Shown: positions 8,223 through 18,394 of the stretch, in pieces | How positions within the stretch are numbered: position 1 is the stretch's first letter | Layout of the letters: each line of letters begins with the position of its first letter | Virus record (IMG/VR): IMGVR_UViG_3300022921_000002 | Location: 157,448 to 221,447 of that record | Length of the DNA: 64,000 bases | Strand: one strand, 5' to 3' | Made by a program: the position numbers and the translations under genes | The notes under the pieces: model-generated | Database searches by the model: none | What the model was told of the DNA's origin: nothing | What the model saw: the letters and a program-made list of their open reading frames with translations, nothing else

Positions 8223-9076
8223 TTACTATAGAGCAATTTAGCGCTATGATCCCAACTAACAAAGATCCACAACCGTGGTTTGATGCGGCAGTGGAAAAGT
8301 TTGATGAATATAACATTAATACTCCAAATAGAATTGCAGGCTTTATGGCACAGTGTGCTCATGAGTCAGCAGACTTTACACGTTTAACTGAAAACCTTAA
8401 CTATTCGGAAAAAGCATTGAACTCGGTGTTTAGTCGCTATTTCGGAAAAGGAAAACGAAATGCTAAAGAATACGCTCGAAACCAGGAAAAGATTGCAAAC
8501 TATGTCTATCAAGACGAGTTTAGATCCAAGCGAGGAGCTTTGGGAAACACTGAACCCGGGGATGGCTGGCTATTTAGGGGTAGAGGTATCAAACAGCTTA
8601 CGGGCAGAAATAATTACGCGGCTTTTGGAAAGTCCGTTGGAATGTCAGCCGAGGAAGCTGCAGAATATGTAGCAACACCAAAAGGTGCTATTGAGTCAGC
8701 ATGCTGGTTCTGGGCATCTAATAAACTCGACAAATATGCCGATAATGGTGATAATGTGGGGTTGACAAAAAAGATTAATGGTGGTACAATTGGATTAGAT
8801 GACCGTAACCGTCGTTGGGAATCAGCCTTAGCCATCCTCGGTGGTGAAATGCCTGCACCTAAAAAAGCAGCACCTAAGAAAGCTGCAGGTGTGCGTACAC
8901 TACGCAAAGGTATGAAAGGTGATGACGTTGCTAAAATGCAAAAGGCAATTGGTGTAGGAGCTGATGGCGATTTTGGATTTGGAACTCTTACTGCTGTTAA
9001 AAAATGGCAAAAGATGAACGGATTGGTTGCAGATGGTATTGTAGGTCCTGCTACACAAGCAAAGATGTTTAAATAA
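8219..9076 (+). CDS. Endolysin, GH19 (chitinase-like) domain plus C-terminal peptidoglycan-binding domain
   Basis: AQCAHES, ENLNYS, FRGRGIKQLTGRNNY, INGGTIGLDDR; C-terminal LRKGMKGDDV...ADGIVGPAT. Confidence 0.9.
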   Translation: MITIEQFSAMIPTNKDPQPWFDAAVEKFDEYNINTPNRIAGFMAQCAHESADFTRLTENLNYSEKALNSVFSRYFGKGKRNAKEYARNQEKIANYVYQDEFRSKRGALGNTEPGDGWLFRGRGIKQLTGRNNYAAFGKSVGMSAEEAAEYVATPKGAIESACWFWASNKLDKYADNGDNVGLTKKINGGTIGLDDRNRRWESALAILGGEMPAPKKAAPKKAAGVRTLRKGMKGDDVAKMQKAIGVGADGDFGFGTLTAVKKWQKMNGLVADGIVGPATQAKMFK

Positions 9077-9113
9077 ATAAATAAATGACGGAATTAAACA
9101 AAGGAGACACAAA

Positions 9114-9326
9114 ATGTCACTAGAGAAAATTGTAGAAGCGGCAATGTCTGAAAAGCCATTGGATCTGAAAGAAGCATTTGAAGCTGAAGTTGAAGAGCGT
9201 ATTATGGCTGCATTGGCAGAGAAATACAAAAAAGCAATGGAAGCAAAAGATGAAGACGACGACGATGAAGATGATGACGATGAGGACGAAGATGATGATG
9301 ACGATGAGGACGAAGACGAAAAGTAA
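9114..9326 (+). CDS. Prohead core protein gp67-like
   Basis: 70 aa; helical N-terminus (LEKIVEAAMSEKPLDLKEAFEAEVEERI) and long Asp/Glu tail, same architecture as T4 gp67. Confidence 0.6.
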   Translation: MSLEKIVEAAMSEKPLDLKEAFEAEVEERIMAALAEKYKKAMEAKDEDDDDEDDDDEDEDDDDDEDEDEK

Positions 9327-9339
9327 GTCTTCTTAACAT

Positions 9340-9789
9340 ATGGCAAAACTATATCTGTTACTTATTGTCTGTGGTTTAATTGGTGGTGTAGGATATGGTG
9401 CTAAATCATATTATGAATGGTCGGAAGCAACCATTTCAACACTTCGTACTAATAACGTTCAATTAGCATCTGCGGCGGAAACTCTACAAAATACTGTAGA
9501 CACAATGGCCGCAGATGCAGAACGTAACGAAAAACTCAATCAAAACCTGACAGCGCAACTAAATGAATCACGAGAGTATTTAAATACTTTGCGTGCTAAA
9601 TTTGCGCGAATTGATTTAACTATGGAAGCGCTAACTGACGCGCAAAATTTGGAAGAAAGGGTAAACAATGCTGTTGAAAGACTTATCAGTGATATTGCCG
9701 ATGAAACTACTCCTCCTAGTGCTGTTGATGATACTCCTAACAGCATGCTCGGGGAGGACAGTGGAACCGACAGTAGTAACGTCGACTGA
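9340..9789 (+). CDS. Inner-membrane spanin (Rz-like)
   Basis: N-terminal TM helix followed by coiled coil; downstream of endolysin; overlaps a lipoprotein gene. Confidence 0.75.
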   Translation: MAKLYLLLIVCGLIGGVGYGAKSYYEWSEATISTLRTNNVQLASAAETLQNTVDTMAADAERNEKLNQNLTAQLNESREYLNTLRAKFARIDLTMEALTDAQNLEERVNNAVERLISDIADETTPPSAVDDTPNSMLGEDSGTDSSNVD

Positions 9790-10045
9790 ATACATCCAGC
9801 AAAACATTCCTATTCAAGGTAGGCCGGCTAAAGTAGATTTTCCGCCTGTAGATTGGTATGTTATCACCGAAGAAAATTTGGAAGAAAAGATTGATGAAAT
9901 TGAAGCTCAACAAGGATCTGTTGTTGTTTTTGCTGTAACATCAAAAGGATACGAAAATCTTGCATTAGGTATTGCTGAATTGCGTCGCTATATTAATGAA
10001 CAAAAAGCGATAATTGTGTACTACGAGGAAGCATTAAAAGAATAA
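9701..10045 (+). CDS. Outer-membrane spanin lipoprotein (Rz1-like)
   Basis: MKLLLLVLLMILLTAC signal with lipobox LTAC; overlaps the 3' end of the i-spanin in another frame. Confidence 0.75.
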   Translation: MKLLLLVLLMILLTACSGRTVEPTVVTSTEYIQQNIPIQGRPAKVDFPPVDWYVITEENLEEKIDEIEAQQGSVVVFAVTSKGYENLALGIAELRRYINEQKAIIVYYEEALKE

Positions 10046-10158
10046 ATATTGACAATACTATAGATTTGTGATACATTTAAGGGGAGCATAGTGTTTGTTT
10101 TCTTTTTTTATTTAATCACAGGTGATTTGCAGGCACCTAAAGTAAAAAGGCTAGAAAA

Positions 10159-10647
10159 TTGGCACAATCTAATTGGGAAACAGATATCGCCCTAATAAAA
10201 TCGGATATCAAGCAAATACAAAAATTCTTTAACAGAGTTGAAGATTCTATGGACATGATGGCAGAACTGTCTAAAAACGTTGCTGTTCAAAATGAAGTCC
10301 TAGATAACACTAAAGATAAGTTAGATGATGTTGAAAAGCTGTGCGAAGAAACAAAACGCACCGATGAACTACGCATGAATGTTTTAAGTGATAGACTTGA
10401 AGAGTATAGACGATCTTCAAGAGAGGATCATCAACGTTTAGCAGATCATAATGCAGATAAGCGAAATAACCACGTCAAAGAAATATTAGACAAAATTGAC
10501 AACATGGAAAAATCAGTACATCAAAGAATTAACGACCAACAAAAAAAGATCAATCATCTTGAGAACTGGCGTTATTATATGATGGGTATTGGAGCTGTTG
10601 TTTTAATTTTCATTGCGAGAGTAAATTGGCCAGAATTATTTGGTTGA
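10159..10647 (+). CDS. Coiled-coil protein with C-terminal TM helix (XhlA/holin-like candidate)
   Basis: TTG start; heptad pattern; LENWRYYMMGIGAVVLIFIA TM segment. Confidence 0.5.
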   Translation: MAQSNWETDIALIKSDIKQIQKFFNRVEDSMDMMAELSKNVAVQNEVLDNTKDKLDDVEKLCEETKRTDELRMNVLSDRLEEYRRSSREDHQRLADHNADKRNNHVKEILDKIDNMEKSVHQRINDQQKKINHLENWRYYMMGIGAVVLIFIARVNWPELFG

Positions 10648-10704
10648 CAAACCTTTAAATCTGTAATATTATAGATTTATACATTAACAATTGAGCTTTA
10701 TATT

Positions 10705-11721
10705 ATGGTTGACTTTACAGAGCTGAAGTATGCCCAGATGTTATCTGGCCGACTCGAAAACTTCAGAATACGCAACACCAATCCTTACAAAATCAACTTT
10801 CGTTGTCCCATATGTGGAGACAGTCAAAAGTCACGTTCAAAATCACGTGGGTGGTTACTCGAGTCAAAAAATACGTTTCACTTCTATTGTCATAACTGTG
10901 CTTCAAGCCAAAGCTTTTCATTCTTTTTGAAAGGTCAGGATCAAGTATTGTATAATGACTATATAGCTGAAAAGTTTGTTGCGAATACTCATTCAAAATC
11001 TACTAAGGATGATGATAATACCGAACAGTTTAAAACTAAGGCACCAACCTTTAATAAGACTAACCCGCTATCAAAGATTAAAAAGGTTAGTCAACTAAAG
11101 TTCGACCACCCAGTCAAAAAATATATACAGCAACGGCAAATACCACCTCACCAACATTATCGTTTGTATTATGCTCCTAAGTTTAAAACATGGATTAATA
11201 GTGTAATACCAAACAAGTTTGAAAATGTTGGTAAAGATGAGCCACGCCTAATCATACCTTTTCTTGATAAGAACGGTAAATGTTTTGGCGTATCAGCTCG
11301 TGGGTTTAGTGATTACGGAATGCGTTATATAACTATTATGTTTGAGGACAGACCTAAGATATTTGGCCTTGACAAAGTAGACTTCAATGATGTATATTAT
11401 ATTACAGAAGGTGCAATTGATTCTTTCTTTTTACAGAATGCTGTAGCAATGGCAGGCGCCGAAGGTAATACAAAAGGTGTTGATAATACTGATAATGCCG
11501 TATTTGTTTTTGATGCTGAACCACGTAATAAAGAAATACACAAGCGTATGGAAAAGGTAATTGAGGCAGGTCTTGGTATCTGTATTTGGCCAAGTAATTT
11601 GCCGGGCAAAGACATTAATGAAATGGTTCTTGAAGGTATAAATGCCGAAAAGGTAATCGAAGAAAACACATATAGAGGCTTAACTGCAAAATTAAAATTT
11701 GCTGATTGGCGTAAAACATAG
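10705..11721 (+). CDS. DNA primase (T4 gp61-like)
   Basis: Zn finger CPICGDS...CHNC; TOPRIM YITEGAIDS, FVFDAEPRN, KDINEM. Confidence 0.95.
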   Translation: MVDFTELKYAQMLSGRLENFRIRNTNPYKINFRCPICGDSQKSRSKSRGWLLESKNTFHFYCHNCASSQSFSFFLKGQDQVLYNDYIAEKFVANTHSKSTKDDDNTEQFKTKAPTFNKTNPLSKIKKVSQLKFDHPVKKYIQQRQIPPHQHYRLYYAPKFKTWINSVIPNKFENVGKDEPRLIIPFLDKNGKCFGVSARGFSDYGMRYITIMFEDRPKIFGLDKVDFNDVYYITEGAIDSFFLQNAVAMAGAEGNTKGVDNTDNAVFVFDAEPRNKEIHKRMEKVIEAGLGICIWPSNLPGKDINEMVLEGINAEKVIEENTYRGLTAKLKFADWRKT

Positions 11722-11731
11722 AGGAACTAAA

Positions 11732-12400
11732 ATGAAAACCAGACTTATTGGATATACTCAACCTGTAGAAGGTGAAATCATTGGACTTGATAATGTTCAA
11801 GATTTGATTGCATACTGTGCTCGAGTATCAAACCCGAGTAATCAATTGAACCAAGAAACGGCACCTAAGTTGCTATCCTATCTTGCAAAGCATGCTCATT
11901 GGTCACCATTTGAAATGGCAAATGCGACATTAGAAATTGAAACAACGCGGGATATTGCGCGTCAGATGTTACGTCACCGTTCGTTTGCCTTTCAAGAATT
12001 TAGTCAACGATACGCCGATCCGAGAGATATGGATAACACTTTTGTAATGCGTGAAGCACGTCTACAGGATCTCAAAAACCGTCAGAACAGCATTGACTCA
12101 GATGATGAACGGTTGCAAATGATGTGGGAATCAAAGCAAGGTGAAGTTATCCGTGCTGCAAAGGATGCATACAATTGGGCCATTGAAAACGGTATTGCAA
12201 AAGAACAGGCACGTGCTGTATTACCCGAAGGTAATACCATTTCTCGTTTGTATATGCAAGGTTCTATTCGTTCATGGATCCATTATATTGAACTGCGTTC
12301 AGCAAACGGAACTCAAAAAGAACATATGGAAATTGCCCGTGAAGTTGCTTGCGCTATATCCAAAATATTTCCAGTGATTGATACTTATGTCCAAAAATAA
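11732..12400 (+). CDS. thyX: Flavin-dependent thymidylate synthase
   Basis: HWSPFE and RQMLRHRSFAFQEFSQRY ThyX motif; GAGG RBS before ATG 11732. Confidence 0.95.
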   Translation: MKTRLIGYTQPVEGEIIGLDNVQDLIAYCARVSNPSNQLNQETAPKLLSYLAKHAHWSPFEMANATLEIETTRDIARQMLRHRSFAFQEFSQRYADPRDMDNTFVMREARLQDLKNRQNSIDSDDERLQMMWESKQGEVIRAAKDAYNWAIENGIAKEQARAVLPEGNTISRLYMQGSIRSWIHYIELRSANGTQKEHMEIAREVACAISKIFPVIDTYVQK

Positions 12401-12551
12401 ATATTTTTATATACCGGAAAATGGTTTCTGGAATGATAAATATGAGTACCATGGCAATCTATGGTAAGAATAATCCCTATTAGCACAAAATATGCCACAT
12501 CCTCAAGGTGCGGTTTTTCTGTCCTTAACACATACGAAAGAGGTTCACCGA

Positions 12552-13826
12552 ATGTTTGACTCCCGAGCACTACCTAAAGATATAGTAAATTACGTTATTA
12601 AACGTGACGGATCAACAAAGAGTTTTGATTCAAGTAAGATTGCATATGCGGTTAATAATGCTATGAAAGCAATTGGTATTCGAGCAAAATCCTTACCTGG
12701 TGAAATTGCATTTGAAGTTACAAAAAGTATTAACGAAGATGCTGAGGATGTTATTGTTGATGTTGATACAGTACACAAAACAGTTGAGAACGTGATGATG
12801 GATATGGGATTACACGACTTAGCTCGTGAGTATATCCTTTTTCGTTTTAACAACCAACCTGACATTTTCCGTAAACGTACAAACCTTAAACCATATGAGT
12901 ATCCGCAACTCGTTGAGTATACTGATGCTATCCGACATTCATATTGGGTACATACCGAGTTTAATTATTCGTCCGATATCCAGGATATGAAAGTGCGTAT
13001 GACTGAGTCTGAGGTTGATATTGTTAAAAAAGCAATGCTTGCTATCTCACAAATTGAGGTACAGGTAAAAACATTTTGGGCAAAGATTGGTGATAAATTT
13101 CCTAAGCCTGAAGTACAAGGTGTTGGTGTAACATTTGGTGAATCAGAAGTACGCCATGCCGATGCCTATTCTAATCTCATTGAAATTATGGGTCTCAATG
13201 ATGAATTTGAAAAGGTTGTAGAAATTCCTGCAATGAAAAAACGCATTGCCTATCTTGAGCAATCAATTGCAGCACCTGTTGATAATAAGGATTACTTCCA
13301 TAAGATTATCCTATTCTCAATGTTTGTTGAAAACGTATCACTGTTTTCACAATTTCTAATTATGATGGCGTTTAATAAACATAGAAATTTACTTAAAGGT
13401 ATTTCTAATGCTGTTGAGGCAACATCAAAAGAAGAAGATATCCATGCTCGTTTCGGATTTGAGCTTGTAAACATTATCCGTGAAGAAAATCCTGATTGGT
13501 TTGACAAAGATAGTATTGCTGAAGTCAACCGCCTGTGCCGTGATGCATTTAAAGCAGAGTCTGCAATTGTTGATTGGATCTATGGTGATGCCGATCTCGA
13601 TTTTCTACCTAAAGCGACTGTCAAAGAATTCCTAAAGCATCGTTTCAATCAATCATTAAAGGCAATTGATATGAAGCCTTTATATGATGTTGACGAGGAA
13701 GCCGTAAAGAGTACTGATTGGTTTGTTGAAGAAATTTTGAGTACAAAGAATATTGACTTCTTTGTTAAACGCTCAACTGCATATTCAAAGAAAACCAAGG
13801 CATTCACCGAAGATGATTTATTTTAA
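12552..13826 (+). CDS. nrdB: Ribonucleotide reductase beta subunit with N-terminal ATP-cone (NrdBi / class Id-type)
   Basis: VIKRDG...FDSSKI ATP-cone; QIEVQVKTFW, ESEVRHADAY, FVENVSLFSQF and KEEDIH metal ligands. Confidence 0.9.
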   Translation: MFDSRALPKDIVNYVIKRDGSTKSFDSSKIAYAVNNAMKAIGIRAKSLPGEIAFEVTKSINEDAEDVIVDVDTVHKTVENVMMDMGLHDLAREYILFRFNNQPDIFRKRTNLKPYEYPQLVEYTDAIRHSYWVHTEFNYSSDIQDMKVRMTESEVDIVKKAMLAISQIEVQVKTFWAKIGDKFPKPEVQGVGVTFGESEVRHADAYSNLIEIMGLNDEFEKVVEIPAMKKRIAYLEQSIAAPVDNKDYFHKIILFSMFVENVSLFSQFLIMMAFNKHRNLLKGISNAVEATSKEEDIHARFGFELVNIIREENPDWFDKDSIAEVNRLCRDAFKAESAIVDWIYGDADLDFLPKATVKEFLKHRFNQSLKAIDMKPLYDVDEEAVKSTDWFVEEILSTKNIDFFVKRSTAYSKKTKAFTEDDLF

Positions 13827-13838
13827 AAGGAAAACACT

Positions 13839-15494
13839 ATGAGAGATTTTTATTGGCTAAACGAAGACTCAAGGACATTTTTATCAAGAGGTTATTTGAG
13901 TAAAGGTGAAACAGCTAAGCAACGAATTAGAGATATTGCTGATAAAGCTGAAGAGTACTTGGATATCAAAGGATTTAGTGACAAGTTTTATGGGTATATG
14001 AGTAAAGGTTATTATTCATTAGCGTCACCTGTGTGGGCAAATTATGGTAAAGAACGTGGTTTGCCTGTATCTTGTTTTGGATCATATATTGATGATAGTA
14101 TGCAATCAATTTTATTTGGGCATGCTGAAAATGGAATGCTAATGAAAAACGGTGGTGGCACGTCAGGTTACTTTGGTGCTGTCCGTGGGCGAGGTGCTGA
14201 AATCACAGATCAAGGTGAGTCGTCAGGTTCAGTACATTTTATGCAGATGTATGATACATTGGCATCAGTTGTATCACAAGGTTCTGTCCGTCGTGGTTTC
14301 TTTGCAGCATATCAAGATATTGAACACCCCGATGCTGATGAGTTCCTTGACATTGCAACAGAAGGTAATCCTATTCAAGGGTTAACAACAGGCATTACTG
14401 TTTCCGATAAGTTCATTAAAGAAATGAAAGATGGTGATCCACAGAAACGCGCATTGTGGGCAAAAGTTTTACAGCGCCGTTCTGAAGTTGGTTTTCCATA
14501 TATTCTGTATTCTGATAATGTAAACAATGGCCGTCCTGATGTTTATAAAGATAAGGATATGAAAGTACACGCATCTAATATGTGTGCTGAAATCGCATTA
14601 CCGTCAAGCGCCGAAGAAACATTTACTTGTGTTCTATCATCACTAAATTTATTACATTGGGATGAGATTAAAGAAACCGATGCAATTGAAACTTTGGTTA
14701 TGTTCCTTGATACTGTATGTCAAGAATTCATTAATAAGACTGAAGGTCAAATTTATATGAAACGTGCTCGTGACTTTGCTATGAACCATCGGGCATTAGG
14801 TGCAGGTGTACTAGGTTGGCATTCCTATTTGCAATCAAAGATGATTGCTTTTGAATCAAAAGAAGCAGCACAGCTCAATGTTGAAATTGCTAAAACATTC
14901 CATGATAGATCATACGCGGCATCTGCTGAACTTGCGGACAAACTTGGTGAACCACCTTTGCTAAAAGGTTATGGCCGTCGTAATTCAACAACAATGGCAA
15001 TTGCTCCGACTAAATCATCAAGCTTTATTTTAGGCCAAGTATCACAATCAATTGAACCTGAGTTTAGTAACTGTTATGTTAAAGACTTGGCAAAAATGAA
15101 AGTGACAATTAAGAACCCGTATCTTTTGAAACTGTTAAAGAAAAAAGATCAGGATAAATCAGAGGTTTGGGAATCAATTCGTAATGCTGATGGATCAGTA
15201 CAACATTTGATCTTTTTGTCTGAGGAAGAAAAAGAAGTATTCAAAACATTCTCAGAAATCAATCCATACACAATTATTGACCAGGCTGCTATTCGTCAAC
15301 AGTATATTGACCAATCACAAAGTTTAAACTTGATGCTTGATCCTGACCTTTCAGTTAAAGAAATCAATGCGTTGTACCTATATGCTCATGAGATGGGTGT
15401 TAAAAGTTTGTATTATAGTTATTCTATGTCAGCAGCACAATCATTAACACGGAAACGAGTTTCATCAATGGAGTGCGCAGCCTGCGAAGCATAA
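13839..15494 (+). CDS. nrdA: Ribonucleotide reductase alpha subunit, short, no ATP-cone (NrdAi-type)
   Basis: PVSCF, SNMCAEI, TCVLSS, AIAPTKSSS, KSLYY and C-terminal CAACEA. Confidence 0.95.
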   Translation: MRDFYWLNEDSRTFLSRGYLSKGETAKQRIRDIADKAEEYLDIKGFSDKFYGYMSKGYYSLASPVWANYGKERGLPVSCFGSYIDDSMQSILFGHAENGMLMKNGGGTSGYFGAVRGRGAEITDQGESSGSVHFMQMYDTLASVVSQGSVRRGFFAAYQDIEHPDADEFLDIATEGNPIQGLTTGITVSDKFIKEMKDGDPQKRALWAKVLQRRSEVGFPYILYSDNVNNGRPDVYKDKDMKVHASNMCAEIALPSSAEETFTCVLSSLNLLHWDEIKETDAIETLVMFLDTVCQEFINKTEGQIYMKRARDFAMNHRALGAGVLGWHSYLQSKMIAFESKEAAQLNVEIAKTFHDRSYAASAELADKLGEPPLLKGYGRRNSTTMAIAPTKSSSFILGQVSQSIEPEFSNCYVKDLAKMKVTIKNPYLLKLLKKKDQDKSEVWESIRNADGSVQHLIFLSEEEKEVFKTFSEINPYTIIDQAAIRQQYIDQSQSLNLMLDPDLSVKEINALYLYAHEMGVKSLYYSYSMSAAQSLTRKRVSSMECAACEA

Positions 15495-15497
15495 ATT

Positions 15498-16694
15498 ATG
15501 GAATATATGAAATTTTTTAAAGACACGGTTGCATCATTTAGAAGCGACGGAAGATATCGAGTATTTAATGATATTATCCGTGAAAAGGGTCAGTTTCCTA
15601 GGGCTATTTGGTATGGGAAATATGCACCAAAGAATATTGTTAATTGGTGCTCAAATGATTATTTGGGTATGGGTCAAAACCAATATGTCATAGATGCTAT
15701 GCATACTGCATTAGATCAAACAGGTTCAGGTTCCGGCGGTACGAGAAATATCGGCGGAACCTCAGTTTTCCATGTAACACTTGAACGTGAAATTGCAACA
15801 CTACACCAACGTGAAAACGCATTACTGTTTAGTAGTGCATACGTTGCCAATGAGTGGGCTCTAATTGCTCTTTCACGCATCATCCCAAACATTTGCTTTA
15901 TATCTGATAATAAAAACCATGCCTCAATCATTATGGGAGTAAAGCACAGCCGTGCACCTAAAATGATTTTTAAGCATAATGATATGGCAGATCTCGAGAA
16001 ATGTTTAAAGGCAGCAAAAAAGAATAAGCAAATTCCTTGCGTATTGTTTGAGTCCGTATATTCAATGGACGGTGATGTTGCGCCTATTAAAGAAATCGTT
16101 GAGTTATCACATAAATATAACGCAATGACTTATATAGATGAAGTCCATGCGGTTGGTTTGTATGGTCCTACAGGTGCAGGTTATTGTGAACATTTAAATT
16201 TATATTCCGATGATATTGATATTATCAACGGCACGTTAGGAAAAGCATATGGGGTACAAGGCGGGTATATTTCAGGTAAGCAAGAAGTTATTGATGCGAT
16301 TAGATTGGTTGCATCAGGGTTCATATTCACCACCTCCATGTCACCTGTTATATGTGCTGGGGCACTCGCCAGTATAAAATATCTCAAAGACCATTCTTGT
16401 CTAAGAGATCAACAACAAGAACGAGTAAAAAAGCTCAGACAAATGTTAGAAGAAGCAGGATTGAATATACATCCTAATGCTTGTACTCACATTATCCCAG
16501 TAATGATTAATGATGCCTTTAAATGTAAAGAAGCATCGGATAGATTACTAAACGAATTCGGTATATACATTCAACCGATTAATTCACCAACAGTAGAGGC
16601 AGGTACCGAAAGGTTACGTATTGCTCCTACACCATACCATACCGATTTGATGATGGTGGAATTAGTCGAAGCGCTGAAAGAAGTATTGAAATGA
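15498..16694 (+). CDS. hemA: 5-aminolevulinate synthase (PLP-dependent, Shemin pathway)
   Basis: [52 protein letters not shown] (PLP Lys), [20 protein letters not shown]. Confidence 0.92.
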   Translation: MEYMKFFKDTVASFRSDGRYRVFNDIIREKGQFPRAIWYGKYAPKNIVNWCSNDYLGMGQNQYVIDAMHTALDQTGSGSGGTRNIGGTSVFHVTLEREIATLHQRENALLFSSAYVANEWALIALSRIIPNICFISDNKNHASIIMGVKHSRAPKMIFKHNDMADLEKCLKAAKKNKQIPCVLFESVYSMDGDVAPIKEIVELSHKYNAMTYIDEVHAVGLYGPTGAGYCEHLNLYSDDIDIINGTLGKAYGVQGGYISGKQEVIDAIRLVASGFIFTTSMSPVICAGALASIKYLKDHSCLRDQQQERVKKLRQMLEEAGLNIHPNACTHIIPVMINDAFKCKEASDRLLNEFGIYIQPINSPTVEAGTERLRIAPTPYHTDLMMVELVEALKEVLK

Positions 16695-16735
16695 ATCAAT
16701 TAGAAAATGCCTTCTTCAGTAAAAAGGAAAAAACT

Positions 16736-17155
16736 ATGAGTAAAGTAAAAAAGGCATTTTGGTTTTGCCTAGGAATTATTTTGGTAGGTGTGGCATATCT
16801 TGGTGTATTACTACCCGGTCTACCTTGGTCAACACCAATTCTAGGTGCAACATTCTGTTTTGCCAAATCAAGTGACAGACTGCATAATTGGATTATGAAT
16901 CATCCACGGTTCGGTCCATTTGTTAAAAACTGGGGTACATACCGTGTATATCCAACAGCGGCTAAATGGTTGATGGTTGCCGTAATGAGTACATCCTTGG
17001 CATTTATGTGGTTTGGTACAGGAAACGAAAAAGCAACATTATATCTGTTTATTACTTTTGCCTTAATTGTTACGTGGGCGTGGCGTTATCCAGGATCACA
17101 AGAAATTGCCGAAAAAAGAATTGCCGAAGGTAAAAAGATTGGTTGGCTAAAGTAA
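16736..17155 (+). CDS. YbaN/DUF454 family inner membrane protein
   Basis: LGVLLPGLPWSTPILGATFCFAKSSDRLHNWIMNHPRFGPFVKNW matches the DUF454 pattern. Confidence 0.8.
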   Translation: MSKVKKAFWFCLGIILVGVAYLGVLLPGLPWSTPILGATFCFAKSSDRLHNWIMNHPRFGPFVKNWGTYRVYPTAAKWLMVAVMSTSLAFMWFGTGNEKATLYLFITFALIVTWAWRYPGSQEIAEKRIAEGKKIGWLK

Positions 17156-17165
17156 ATAAATAAGA

Positions 17166-17360
17166 ATGGATCGCTGCAAAAAACAACACATTTTATTTGA
17201 AAAAATTAGTAATGGATCTTACAAAGCGATAGATACATGGTGTGGCAATGTGTTAGAAGATGAAACAGTTTGGTATTGCAGTGATGAATGTATGGAAAAA
17301 GGTGAAGAAGGAAAGCCTTTAAAATACAAGAAAGATTATAATGAAATAAGCATTGACTGA
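17166..17360 (+). CDS. Hypothetical small Cys-containing protein
   Basis: ORF fills the gap; WCG...YCSDEC. Confidence 0.4.
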   Translation: MDRCKKQHILFEKISNGSYKAIDTWCGNVLEDETVWYCSDECMEKGEEGKPLKYKKDYNEISID

Positions 17361-17371
17361 GGAGTTATACT

Positions 17372-18394
17372 ATGAAGCGAATACTAATCACTGGTGGCGG
17401 TGGATTTATTGCTCACCATTTAATTAACCAGGTACTTATCCGAACAGACTGGGAAATTGTAACACTTGATCGGTTAGATTACAGTGGCAATCTCAATCGA
17501 CTCCATGATTTACTTCAGGACCGAACTCCTGCCGAACGTAAACGTGTACGGACAATCTTCCATGATTTAAAAGCAGAAATCAACCCAATGCTTGAAGCAG
17601 ACATTGGTAAGGTTGATATTATTGCTCACCTTGCCGCAGGTTCCCACGTTGACCGTTCAATCGAGCGTCCTATGGAATTTGTCATGGACAATGTAGTGGG
17701 TACAGCTAATCTTTTAGATTATGGCCGTAGGCAGGATAACCTTGAAAGGTTCTTATACTTTTCAACTGATGAAGTATTCGGCCCTGCACCTGATGGTATT
17801 AAGTATGACGAGTACGACCGTTATAATTGTACTAATCCTTACTCAGCATCTAAAGCTGGTGCTGAGGAATTGGCTGTTGCATACCAAAATACTTATAATA
17901 TGCCAATCTATATTACGCATACTATGAACGTATTTGGACAACGGCAACATCCTGAAAAGTTTATTCCAATGACTATTAGGAATGTTCGAGATGGCGGTAT
18001 GGTAACTATTCACAGTGATGAAACAAAAACAATTCCAGGATCACGCCATTACATCCATGCTGAAGATGTAGCTGATGCAACAATGTTCTTATTGGAACAC
18101 AACCGCACATTGGATATGACAAACAACACAGGAATTAAATGCCCTAAGTTTAATATCTGTGGTGCTACGGAATTAAACAATTTGGAACTTGCACAGCTTA
18201 TCGCTGATTCCCAAGGAAAGGAATTGAATTATCAATTTATGGATTTCCACAGTAGCCGTCCTGGTCACGATCTTCGATATGCACTCAGCGGTGATAGAAT
18301 GGCGAATATGGGATGGACACCTCAACCTGTTGAGAAAAGACTTGATGAAGTAGTACATTGGACATTAGAAAATAAAAGGTGGCTTGACATATGA
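17372..18394 (+). CDS. NDP-sugar 4,6-dehydratase (RmlB-like extended SDR)
   Basis: ITGGGGFIA, HLAAGSHVDRSI, STDEVFG, YSASKA, RPGHDLRY. Confidence 0.9.
   Translation: MKRILITGGGGFIAHHLINQVLIRTDWEIVTLDRLDYSGNLNRLHDLLQDRTPAERKRVRTIFHDLKAEINPMLEADIGKVDIIAHLAAGSHVDRSIERPMEFVMDNVVGTANLLDYGRRQDNLERFLYFSTDEVFGPAPDGIKYDEYDRYNCTNPYSASKAGAEELAVAYQNTYNMPIYITHTMNVFGQRQHPEKFIPMTIRNVRDGGMVTIHSDETKTIPGSRHYIHAEDVADATMFLLEHNRTLDMTNNTGIKCPKFNICGATELNNLELAQLIADSQGKELNYQFMDFHSSRPGHDLRYALSGDRMANMGWTPQPVEKRLDEVVHWTLENKRWLDI

Noticed and set aside
8900-9346. Minus-strand ORF with a poly-Ser tract
   Set aside because: Antisense shadow of the GAT/GAC/GAA-rich acidic tail of the gp67-like gene
12492-12551. N-terminal extension of NrdB given by the ORF track
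   Set aside because: A better RBS (GAAAGAGG) precedes ATG 12552, and the ATP-cone begins just after it
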